From NCBI GenBank assembly GCA_017499595.2, contig CM038999.1, positions 1,116,001 to 1,180,000 of the forward strand: a DNA stretch of 64,000 bases. Direction: 5' to 3'. The DNA comes from Psilocybe cubensis. Its lineage: Eukaryota. The notes beneath the pieces were generated by a model that was not told the DNA's origin, made no database searches, and saw nothing but the letters and a program-made list of their open reading frames with translations. Positions 1 to 10,677 of the stretch are shown piece by piece. A program made the translations under genes and the position numbers. The first letter of the stretch is position 1. The number at the start of each line of letters is the position of its first letter.

Positions 1-2
1 CC

Positions 3-2327
3 GTTATTCTGCCCTTCAGAGAGAAGGAGGAACCTATTCCTCCAGGTGTAGCCTTATTCCCCCCGGGGTTCTTCTTACCTCTTGAGAAAGTTGAACCATT
101 GTACCCGCCTACCCCGCCCCCCGTCGTTTTTATTGGCAATGTCATCAAAGCCAAAATCGACGAAGAGGTTCGTGAGCATCAGGCTCGGGTGGAAGCAAAG
201 GCGCGCGAAACCGATGGCCAGGCCGACCAACTTGAACCCCTGTTCGTCATGCCGCTTCCCGAGGAGAAAACCACGCGCAAGAAGTCTAAGAGAGAGAAGG
301 AAGAAGACGAAAAGAAGGCGAAGGAAAAGCCGAAGAAAGTACTTCCTGAGTATCCAATGGTTCAATACATGGATCGAGACGACCATCCTACCTACAATGG
401 CCGTTTTCTTAAGCTTCAAAAACGTTGTGGAAATATCAGGGTCGTTGGTCCTGAGTATTGCTTTGGGTTGGCCGAGAGGAACTTTGACGTTGACTACGAG
501 GATCCTCGTCGCCCACCTCCCCCAACGTCTCGGCCATTGACTACTAATTGGCCCGTTAATCCTCTGGATGGGCCGCCACCCAAAAAGTCAAAGCCCCGTC
601 CATTTGTTCCGAAGTTTAAGCCTGACATATACGTCGCCAACGTCACTAAATGGCCAGAAATTCCCCGTAGTTTTGGAAACCAACATGAGGACGCTGTTGT
701 TCTTCCAACAGAATACAAACCCTATCCCACACTGTTGCGAGCACAGTTAGTTCCTCCTGCTCCAGCAAGTGAAGAACGTGATGTCGAGAAACGAGAACAA
801 CTTGCGAAGCACCTGGACTCGGAAGTGTCGTCTCACCAAGTAGATCACCTGGCGTCTGACTCAAGTGCTGGTAGTACCAGTGCTGATTCCTTTCATACGG
901 CCACCTTGTCATCAAATACCACAGAGCGTACTTCATCTTCCACTCCTTATTTCCTCCATCGTACTCCTAAGGCTCGTGACCGCAACGCAAATGAGCATGG
1001 ACAGCTTCAAAAACCGTTCACCCCCTTTGCGACGCCCGCACCCCAAGATACCTGTATGCCGTCTGAAATAAAGTTTTCTCCTCCTGCTGCCTGGTTGCAA
1101 TCCAGCACGCCGGACAAGCATGCACAAGAGTCGCCATCTTCCCCCCAGAATTGGGAATCTGCTGGTTCCAAAACTACTAAAGTTTTCAACATTGGCGCAG
1201 TTGACGCGTCAAAATTGAAGCTGGGGTCAGATGCTCGTCTTAAGGACGGCCCAGAGAATCGTAGAGCCGTCGTTCAGAGGGCACCATCGACATCTTCTAG
1301 AGTCGTTGAAAACTCAGAAACAGTTACTCCTCCACGTGTGGCACGACCACCCAAAGCGACTCATACTCGACAAGGCTCCAGACAAGCCATCTACTTTACC
1401 GACGAGCAGATTGCCGGCGTCGCATTGGCTTCCAGTCCTTCTCCGCCGACTCCACCGCCAAAGGATACTCCATATCTAGCTCAAATCCCGCCATATAAAC
1501 CGAAAGAGTCTGAAATACAATCGAAGCCGAATCCTCCTGCTTTCCAAAAGCGCAGCTCTTCGCCGACTCCTGGTCCAAATCATGGAACCACCCTTCCCCT
1601 CAGAATACACAAGCGAAATCCATCGAATCCTCTCGCCAAAGATCCTCGAGATGTTTTTGACTACGCGAGTGTAACGACAAGCCGTGCAGAGCCTCAGGCA
1701 AAACCGCAAGGACCTCCTCCCGTGCTTAGGCACCATGGCCATGTGAGGATAGTTAGACCTCCGTCGCGCAATGAATCATTGCCCATAAATGTCAAGAGCA
1801 ATGCGAGGCCGTCAACCTCGACGACCAAGTTTAGAACACCATTGGACCATGAAATACGTGCCAATAGCCACAATCGCTCCGCCAGTGAAAAGACGAATAA
1901 ACCTCAGAGCCACGGAATTGAAGAGCCACGGCCGGAGTACAATCGCTCTACGAGTGCCCTCGGCCATCATCGTCGCAATCACTCTGTGGCCCAACCTAGG
2001 CCTATCGCGGACGTGGTCCGCCCTGATCACAGCCGCTCTTCCAGTGCACTGGGCCACTATCACGAACAGCTCAGGACTCCAGCAGTTCATCATAGGCCGG
2101 AAATGTCACGTTCGCAATCTCCTTCCATGTCAACCCCAAATTATGGGACGAGGGCGTATATGTCATCCACTACGAGCGGAAGATCTAAGGCGCTTCCCGG
2201 TTCCGGCCACGTTCGTAATGTCAGTGAATTTGGAAATATCCAATATTCTGCCAGTTTTTCTCATCAAACCCCACCACATCTATCTAACACCGCAACGGTT
2301 TCTCAACGTCGACCAAGATGGGCTTGA
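3..2327 (+). CDS. Hypothetical Pro/Ser-rich, largely disordered protein; 5' end lies upstream of the window
   Basis: The frame is open from base 3 (VILPFREKEEP...) through the 742-aa ORF to TGA at 2327. No recognisable domain. A long pyrimidine-rich 3'UTR-like tract follows. Confidence 0.7.
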   Translation, partial: VILPFREKEEPIPPGVALFPPGFFLPLEKVEPLYPPTPPPVVFIGNVIKAKIDEEVREHQARVEAKARETDGQADQLEPLFVMPLPEEKTTRKKSKREKEEDEKKAKEKPKKVLPEYPMVQYMDRDDHPTYNGRFLKLQKRCGNIRVVGPEYCFGLAERNFDVDYEDPRRPPPPTSRPLTTNWPVNPLDGPPPKKSKPRPFVPKFKPDIYVANVTKWPEIPRSFGNQHEDAVVLPTEYKPYPTLLRAQLVPPAPASEERDVEKREQLAKHLDSEVSSHQVDHLASDSSAGSTSADSFHTATLSSNTTERTSSSTPYFLHRTPKARDRNANEHGQLQKPFTPFATPAPQDTCMPSEIKFSPPAAWLQSSTPDKHAQESPSSPQNWESAGSKTTKVFNIGAVDASKLKLGSDARLKDGPENRRAVVQRAPSTSSRVVENSETVTPPRVARPPKATHTRQGSRQAIYFTDEQIAGVALASSPSPPTPPPKDTPYLAQIPPYKPKESEIQSKPNPPAFQKRSSSPTPGPNHGTTLPLRIHKRNPSNPLAKDPRDVFDYASVTTSRAEPQAKPQGPPPVLRHHGHVRIVRPPSRNESLPINVKSNARPSTSTTKFRTPLDHEIRANSHNRSASEKTNKPQSHGIEEPRPEYNRSTSALGHHRRNHSVAQPRPIADVVRPDHSRSSSALGHYHEQLRTPAVHHRPEMSRSQSPSMSTPNYGTRAYMSSTTSGRSKALPGSGHVRNVSEFGNIQYSASFSHQTPPHLSNTATVSQRRPRWA

Positions 2328-3578
2328 ACAATCTATGGTCCATCCAGTGCGATGAAACATCAAATGTAACACCAATTGTACATATTACGAACTTTTAACG
2401 ACCTTCTTCGGCGCTGGTGCTATACACGTGCACTTCAAATCGTCGCTCAACAAATGTTTCGGCATTTCTTTTTTCTTTCTCAATTTCCAACTTTAAACTC
2501 TTCCCATCTTTCCTCTATATTTCTGCACGTTTCGTATCCGTACTCCAGCTGTGCGCTGCGACAGCGATTTACCCCTCAGTTACGACACACTCCTTTCCAC
2601 TGTCTTTACTACTACCACCGACGTCGACACACAACATCTACGCTCATTTCGCCATATCACGTCTCTTGACGTTTCTCGGCTTTCTTTCTTTCTTTCCCTT
2701 TTTCTTTACTATCTTTCCCTTCACATCTTCCAGATATTTCTCGCATCAGAAAACCAATCACGCAAAATCACATCAAACAACAAAAAACCACCAATTTATT
2801 CATTACCGCGACATCCTTTCCCTTTTCCTGTTGATTTCACTTTCTACCCTTCATTTTTGCCTGTCTATTTCCTTTTATTTACCAGGCACCGTCAACCAGC
2901 GGTCAAACACCCATGCGCCACTCTCATTTGATTCCATTTACTCTCGCCTGCACAGTCTGGAACTGCGGCGTGCCTCACACGCTCCTTCATGTTTTCAAGC
3001 TGCATATTTATCCCTATCTTTTATTCATTTTTATTCATTTATAGCTTGCTGTCATGCACCACACACACTCCTTTCGTCCACAGAACACGACACCACACAC
3101 TCATTTTGTATTACCACATTCCTTTGCTCATCACGTTCTTTTCTTAATAGCGACGCTAGTCTAGTTTTGAGTCCTTTGCTTTGCAAATGCTGATATATTG
3201 CTCTGCTTTTTAACCTTGCTTTAGTCAATAGCTACTCATGTAAACAAAACAACCTGTTGAAATAAAAGATTAGGCCATTACTCGAAGAAGTCTGAAGGGT
3301 ACATATTTTGTAACAGGTGGTCCATATGGGTCCACCTTGTGAAGTTCGTCGATGATTGGTTGATCAATTCATCAGCTGTCTCCTAGGGGCTATGTCATGT
3401 GATCTGTTTCGGTGGCAAGGTGCGTGTCAAACCAACATCCCAGCTGGTCACGGTAACGTCAGTTCAACGTTAGTGCAATTTACATTCTCTGACTTCGACC
3501 ACTGCAGTTTTTGCTGCTCATACAACTTCGTGTTCGCGATGACTATTTGTCCGCCCTAATCACACCCAACAATTGAAC

Positions 3579-6011
3579 ATGACGACACAACATTCTTCAC
3601 GGCGATCTCGCAAGTTAAGACGTAGATTCTCGTCTACTGGCAGTGCATGGTCTGCCGGATCTCCGAAGTCTATGGCATCTGCCCCTTCTCCAATACGAAC
3701 ACAGAGCAGGAAAACATCTTTGAGCCCTGCCACCTCCATAAGGGAACCAGCACGTCACCTCTATCAGAGACCACATTTCACAGACGGATCAGACTTCGAA
3801 GATTACCTTTCTGTAGACATCAACGGGCGGAGGACTCGGGGAAGGTCCATATCACCTACGCGAAGTATATTTGAGCAAAGAGTACCTCCCACTGCATATG
3901 CTTCTCTGCCGCCTACACCGATTCAGCCTTCTCGTCCATTCTCCCCTTCAACGCCAATTTCTCCTCTCCCAGACTCACACACGTATGAAGCTCCACCTTC
4001 GGCACCCGAAACATATAATGTTCCTTTTTCTTTGTGGGATTATCTACGGGAAGAGCTATTGGCAACAGATTTCGATTCTCACCAGGAACTGAAATGGGAG
4101 AGAGTTAGCAACTTTTTACAGATGCCTGTAGCTATGGAAAAGGTGCGTAGATGAGGATATGTAACGCAAATGTACGACTGAGCAACTTAGTAGATCATTG
4201 GATTTGGTTTCATTCTTTGCTTCGATTCATTTTTGTACACTTTCACCATTCTTCCCATTCGATTCGTGTTGGCCCTCTTTCCGTTTATCACCAACACCTG
4301 GCGAAGATCTGCGCGCCCTTTACCCCCGTCACAAAAAGCAGACCTTCTTAGAGCGCTCCTCCTTGTTATTGCCCTCTTCATTTTGAACCCACTCACAGAT
4401 GCCAGTAAAATCTACCATACAATACGAGGGCAAGATACCATTAAACTTTACGTGATATTTAATGCCTTGGAGGTGCGTCAATACCAATTTCTTCGCATCG
4501 AACATAGACCAAGCTGATTTTTACCAGATTGGAGATCGACTATGCGCATCTATTGGACAAGATATTTTGGACTGTCTTTTTTCCCGTTCAACTCTGGAAC
4601 CATTGTCTCGTCGCATTCCTGTCTCAACTCATACTTTTCGCCCCTTTTTGTTCTTTTTCCTTGCATTGGCATACACTGGTAAGAATTACATCCGGCAGCA
4701 TCAAAAACTCGTCTTGACCAATTACAGTTGCCCACGCACTTGTCATGGTTTATCAGCTAATCTCACTCAACGTGGCCATCAACTCATATGACCATGCCCT
4801 TCTCACTCTTTTGGTATCTAATCAGTTCGTCGAAATCAAAGGAAGCGTGTTTAAGAAATTTGAGAAAGACAGCCTTTTTCAGATCACTTGTGCAGGTGCG
4901 TGCTGCGCCTATCCCATACCTGCCTTCTCATAATTTCATGAAACAGACATCGTGGAAAGGTTCACCCTAACATTGATGCTGTTCATAGTGGCATTCCGAA
5001 ACCTGATTGAGCTTAGTGGGACAGAATTTGACTTCACCGGAGGCTTCGTCCTTCCAAAGAGCTTTGGATGGGTTCGGGGCAATAACGTACTTTGGACAAT
5101 TTCATATGTTCGTCATACCTTTACATCATATTCTGTGTTGATGATTCATCTTTCTGCAGCCTGTCGTGACTGTATTAGCCTCGGAGATGGTCGTAGATTG
5201 GTTAAAGCACGCGTTCATAACTAAATTCAACCACATTCGGCCTTCCGTTTACGAACGTTACATTGACGTACTCTGCCGAGATCTCTCAAGCATGAGTGGC
5301 CTGGGACGTCGTAGTGCAAGAAAAGTAACTTGAATCCTTTTCATCTGTAGTTTTTGCTCACGACCATTTTCCTAGCATTCCTATGTTGACCAATCGCCGC
5401 TTGTTGCTCGTAGATTAGGATTCGCCTCATTACCTCTTGCTGTTCTAGCTATCTTGGTTGGATCACAGTCGATAGGTCTCATGTTCTCCTCTAGCTCAGA
5501 TTTTGCTTCTCCCTGGACATGGACTATACGATCTCTAAGCAATGCGGAAATTATGCATTACGCAACATGGGCAGTCATGGGCCTTTTGTTCTGGATATGG
5601 TTGGTGTCTATGTCTCTGGTGACGATATTTCTGTTGATCCTTCATGCAGCTTTGTGGGCATTAAACTTATCATGGGAGCCAACCTTGTAAGTTATGCCAA
5701 TCGACGTCGCGCGGGCATGGAAGAACGCGAAGCAGGAGACGTTGTCAATGATTTTGGTCGTGATCCAATTGGAGAAGGGAAAGAAGAGCAGGTCAGTGCT
5801 GCGGTTCTCACTACCTCGTATTCATAATATACCCTAACCTTTCCTGCAGTTGTATAACAAAAAATTGAAGACTTTATTGGATAACGACCGCGATGATGTC
5901 CCGCATACATCTGAAATGGGCGAAAATGCCCCCGGAGAACACGGGAAGAAAAAAGGGAGAGTCAAGCTTGAAGATCTCACGCGTTACACCATGGTGAAAC
6001 GGATCTGGTAG
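3579..6011 (+). CDS. TAPT1/Emp65 family (DUF747) ER membrane protein, multi-exon
   Basis: Spliced motifs ERVSNFLQMP, GFILCFDSFLYTFTILPIR, DASKIYHTIRGQDTIKLYVIFNALE, NSYDHALLTLLVSNQFVEIKGSVFKKFEK, DIVERF and DWLKHAFITKFN. C-terminus RYTMVKRIW*. GT-AG introns. Confidence 0.92.
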
Positions 6012-6819
6012 TCTCCTCCGATCCTCTCATCCGTCGTGGACGAATTTATGTGCATATTTATGACCCTGTATTCATACTAATGATAGATTTAGATTTGCAG
6101 TAATTGTGGCCCGAGGCATATATGATAATTGTGGATGACCCACTCCATATGTTATGTGGAACTTTTACGAACCTATCAATGGGAATAGGTTGATAATCTC
6201 CTTATGTTGGTTTTTGCGCAGCAGCTTGATTCTACCACAAGGTTCCTACTCTTTATCTTCTCGACATTTACGAGATGCTTTGGTGTGACCTTCGCTGTTA
6301 TCTGAGCGGTTTTGAAGCGCCCTAACTCTCTGGGTATCTTGGATAGTTCAACATTTCTCTATTTTGAATTTAGACTCGAGCCAAGATTTTTCGAGCAGGA
6401 GGAGATTCCTCGACAAGCATACATGGCAAAATTCGGGTGGTGCCCGTCAAACGACGTTCGGCAATTTGCTGGTGCGTGTGTATCCCATTGAAGTCCCTCG
6501 GCGTCTACCTCCGCTGTATTGTCACCGATGTGAAAGCACATCCGGCTATGCTAGAATTCCTCTTTCCAATAGGTTGAAAATATTATAGCCGGAAAAATAA
6601 CGTTCACACATGGTAGGGGCTCGTGGCCTCGAATGGATGCTAATAGAAAAGGAAGAAGCGACAACTTGTGCGCCATTACTTCCCACAGACCTAACTGCTC
6701 GCGATGGCAAAAATGGACGAACAGCTTCCCAGCCCAGGGTTTTGGTCATATAGGTATTGGCAGTAAAATGGGCTTTGCCCGTGGAGTTTACTGTTCTTCT
6801 CTCCGTAACTCACAAGCCC

Positions 6820-7933
6820 ATGTCTTCCTCGCCAGTATTCCACCCTGGTTTAACGTTTGCAACACTTGTTGTTCAATTTGCCGCAACTAAAGGGAGCGTT
6901 ATACCTAGGTAAGCATTTTTTTGCGTTGTGCTTTTAAGTCCGCTTGCTGATGTAGATAATTCACCTAGCTTCGTTCCTCGCCATAAGGGTGAGGGTGAAA
7001 ATGAACACTCTACCGCTAGCGGCGGGTCCTCCGCTTCCAAACCAACAAGCTCTTCGACACCTCCAACAAACTCCACTCTAACTGGTTCCCATTCTTCAAC
7101 TGCAGCCTCCTCCTCCTCCTCCTCCAGTATTTCAAGCTTCTCAAGCTCTAGTAATACTGCCACACCAACCCCTACACCTCTTACCTTGCCGCGACCAGTT
7201 GTTCGATCTGACATCACCACCGCTGGTATCGTTGGAGTAGTTGTTGGCTCAGGTAAGTCATAATATAGAATGTTGCTGCAGACTCAAAGGCTAATATTGT
7301 TTACTTTACAAAGTGGCCACTATTGGATTGCTTATCATGCTCGTATCTAAATGTATCCGTAGATATCGCAAAAATCGAGGGCGTATGAAAGGTCCCCGCT
7401 TTTTCCGAGTGGGGAGCAAGTCTCCAGCAAGGCCACAGACTCCTGTGACGGAGATGGCGCAAACGCAATCCAGTCCTATCATCACATCCGCCGTCACTGC
7501 AGGGTTTACCACACATCCTTTTCTTTCACGTTATTCTCAATCGATTTCTACCAACACCACCACATCCCTATCTCCACTATTCCCAGCGGCAAGTTTGGAA
7601 CGTACACGTAGTGACGCAGGCGCTTCCGAAGGGGGCGCAAGCTCTTCGCACACCGATACATTATCGTATGTTTCCATGTCATCCGTGCCCGTTGGGAATG
7701 GTGGAAGTCCAGTTCTCAGCCTGCTACCTATAATATCTGCTGCTGCCGCAGCGAATGCACCGCCTCCCGCTGCACATCTTCCAGAAGCATCTATACTACA
7801 TCGGTCGCTCACCCTTCATCAGAAGTCCCTCGAGGAAGATACTAAAGGTCGTGATGTTGGACGTATGGATACTGATGACATAGAAAAGGAGGATGACGGC
7901 GCGAATGACCCTCCACCGAGCTACGACGCTTGA
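6820..7933 (+). CDS. Ser/Thr-rich single-pass membrane protein (Mid2/Wsc-like architecture) with C-terminal PPxY
   Basis: ATG at 6820 with a weakly hydrophobic N-terminus and two GT-AG introns. S/T-rich ectodomain, TM segment AGIVGVVVGS/VATIGLLIMLV followed by basic KCIRRYRKNR, and tail DPPPSYDA*. Confidence 0.7.
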
Positions 7934-8308
7934 GATTCAAACTGTTTTAGCATTTTCCTTTATTATCATGCATTTGTGTTTTAGTCTACCAACCCTCACT
8001 TGTAGCAAGTAGTTCATATTTAGTTCAGACGTAGCATTACCTTTAGTTATCAACCGTTTTTCTTAGCATTTTGAATTCTCCAATGCAGAATTAACATTTC
8101 ATTCCTATGAGAGTGACTCTGAAAAAATCCTTTTCAATATATTCTGATGTGGACAAAACGTCGATCTTAAGCGCTGTGTGAGCGCTGTTGGGTTGTGGGC
8201 GTATTTGGTTTCGTTTGTTGATTGATTGCGATGGTCTAGACCACAGCTCATCGACTTTGCCTTCTTCCGTTCTCTGATGCAAACTTCTTTCTTGTTTCAA
8301 TCCACGCC

Positions 8309-10524
8309 ATGAGAACCAGCTATGGCACAGAATCGCCTGATATTGATATCTTCATGGACAGCTCGTCCGACGGATTCGAGCTCGACTTCGAGCTTGAGCC
8401 CGAGAATAGCTTCCAGTTTCCAAGCTCGAATCCAGTGGACGTTGATTTAGAAGTTTTGAACTATCCCTCAGATTACGTGGAAGAACTTTTAGTGGTAGAT
8501 GACGACGATGACGCTGATTACACAGAGCTGAAAATCCAAGGAGAAGAACATGAAGAAGATCTCTCTGATGACTGCTCAGATATGTCTGAAATCTCTGCTC
8601 AGTCGGTCATCGGAGCAAGGCATATATCTGTTTGAAGAACATACTGACGAGTTTTTAGTGAATCATCACCGGTCATAGCCCGCATAGAAGATATGGTGCT
8701 TTCTTTCTTGAACCAGCTCGCTTTTCCTGGGAAACGAAAGGACGACGATGAGCTCTCCGATAGATCTGACCCAACAGAAAAGACGCTTTCTAGGTCAGAT
8801 TACAAGATCACCATTCCGCTTGTGGATCGCACAAAAAGCCAAGTTGATGGGTGAGTTTGATTCCTTTGAGAGCAACTGATCGCATATATAAGCGCATTTG
8901 ATAGCATTCCTGTCATGAAGCGAATTCAATTCCCCAAGAGAAATAAGCAGGGCAGCTCCCAAGCACTGGGTTAGTACAAATCCGCGCATATATGCAGGAA
9001 TATGGATATGATTCATCGTTATGATACGTACACAGCGCAGTTGTTCAGGGTCTTAGATCTTGCCCATGAAGCTACATTGAAGGGTGTGCCAGTGACCAAA
9101 CGGTATGTTTCCGGACGGTTATGTGTGCTTCCATTGATGCTTTTCAGGGACATATATTATCAGGATGTTTCTTTGTTCAAAAAGCAAAAGACAGTTGATA
9201 CGGTGAGCTTATCAAATATGTACCTTTCTCTCCTATGTTCAAATTTGTACGTAGCTCGTGGATGATTTAGCAGCGACTTTCGAATTGGCAAGATCAGATT
9301 TAAATATTGTGAGCAACATTACCATCGTATAATGGATCTGTTGAATCGATGGAATCTCCCAAGCGCTCTTCTTCCAAAGGACTTGTTTGCGGCTCAGGTT
9401 TGAGAATAACTTTGATAACTGGAGAAGTCATCGTTTGTCATGATTCTGAAGTAAGCTTGATTCTGGTCGTGTATTGCTAGTATTTATCAACTGGCGAAGG
9501 GGTCTTTGATTCCTCATGGAGAAGATATTGAGACATTTGGACTTGATGAAGACGTTACTTGGATTCTGGTGGTCGAAAAAGAGGTAGGCACAGACCAAAA
9601 CATCTGGAGTCTTACGATCTGCTTGTAGGCTATTTTCCAGACCCTTTGTCGTCTTCAATTACCCAGTCATGAATCAATGCCTGGAAAAGGGATCATTATA
9701 ACGGTACGTAAAGACAATTAATACTTTCCACGGAACCTTTTTCATCCTTCTGCCCCAGGGAAAAGGCTACCCTGATGTCGCGACAAGACATCTCGTAAAA
9801 TCTCTGGCAGATGCTCTTTCAAAAAGGTACATAGCATGTTCAACATTATTTTGTTGGATCATCCCCATAATTTTTTCCCCAGAATCCCCATCCTGGCATT
9901 GATGGACGCAGATCCTTTTGGTTTGGACATTTTGTCGGTTTATAAGTTTGGGAGTCGAACCATGCAGCACGAAAATGGGAAGCTAGCCGCGAAACGCACA
10001 AGATGGTTGGGCATATGGGCAAGTGAATTGCAGAGGTAATCATGCTATCAAACTGTGGGCTTTGTCCTTATCCATTTATGCATAGCCTTAATATCGACAA
10101 AGAGCACCTTCTCCCCATCACAAGACACGATGAAAAAAAGGTAGGTTATTCCGTCTAATTTTTCAAAGGGAATATGAAATGCAGCACCATCAGGCCATGG
10201 GTATATTAAAGAGGAGCGATAATCCCTTACCCAAGAGATGGAGGTTCGTTTCGAAATAACAAAGCGTAACGGCTTATAGAATATATGTAACCTTTTATCC
10301 ACAGGAAAGAGCTACAGTACATGCTGCATAGTCGTCGAAAAGCAGAAATCGAAATTCTACTATCAAGCAAGCAAGAATCGCAGGGAAAGTGAGCCTCGGA
10401 CAAATATTTTTCATTTACCTTGATCTTGACTGTTAATCTCAGGTTGTCGACCGAGTCTGGATTCTTGGTACAATATCTGCGAGACAAAATTAGAGAGATC
10501 GTGGAAAGCAGTAGAGAATTTTAG
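8309..10524 (+). CDS. SPO11: Meiotic double-strand-break transesterase Spo11/Rec12 (Topo VI A family), about 14 introns
   Basis: Winged-helix catalytic-Tyr motif TKRDIYYQD, DDLAATF...SDLNI, SSKGLV, Toprim VVEKEAIFQTL, ITGKGYPDVATR, DxD motif DADPFGLDILSVYKFGS, and KAEIE. Confidence 0.95.
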
Positions 10525-10677
10525 CAGATGAACAGCATGTAGAAAAAAAATTTCAAGTCGCTTTTGTCTGTGCAAAACGGAAGCAATAGCTTAGTCATAC
10601 AACTCCGCTTGAAAGGGCATGAAGACAAGGACTCCAACCACCACTGTGCTTGATATTGGCATCTCCGGGCAAGACCC

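Noticed and set aside
2417-3193. 258-aa Phe/Ser/Leu-rich ORF
   Set aside because: It arises from a pyrimidine-rich 3'UTR-like tract that is poor in stop codons. It has a non-ATG start and no protein-like motifs.
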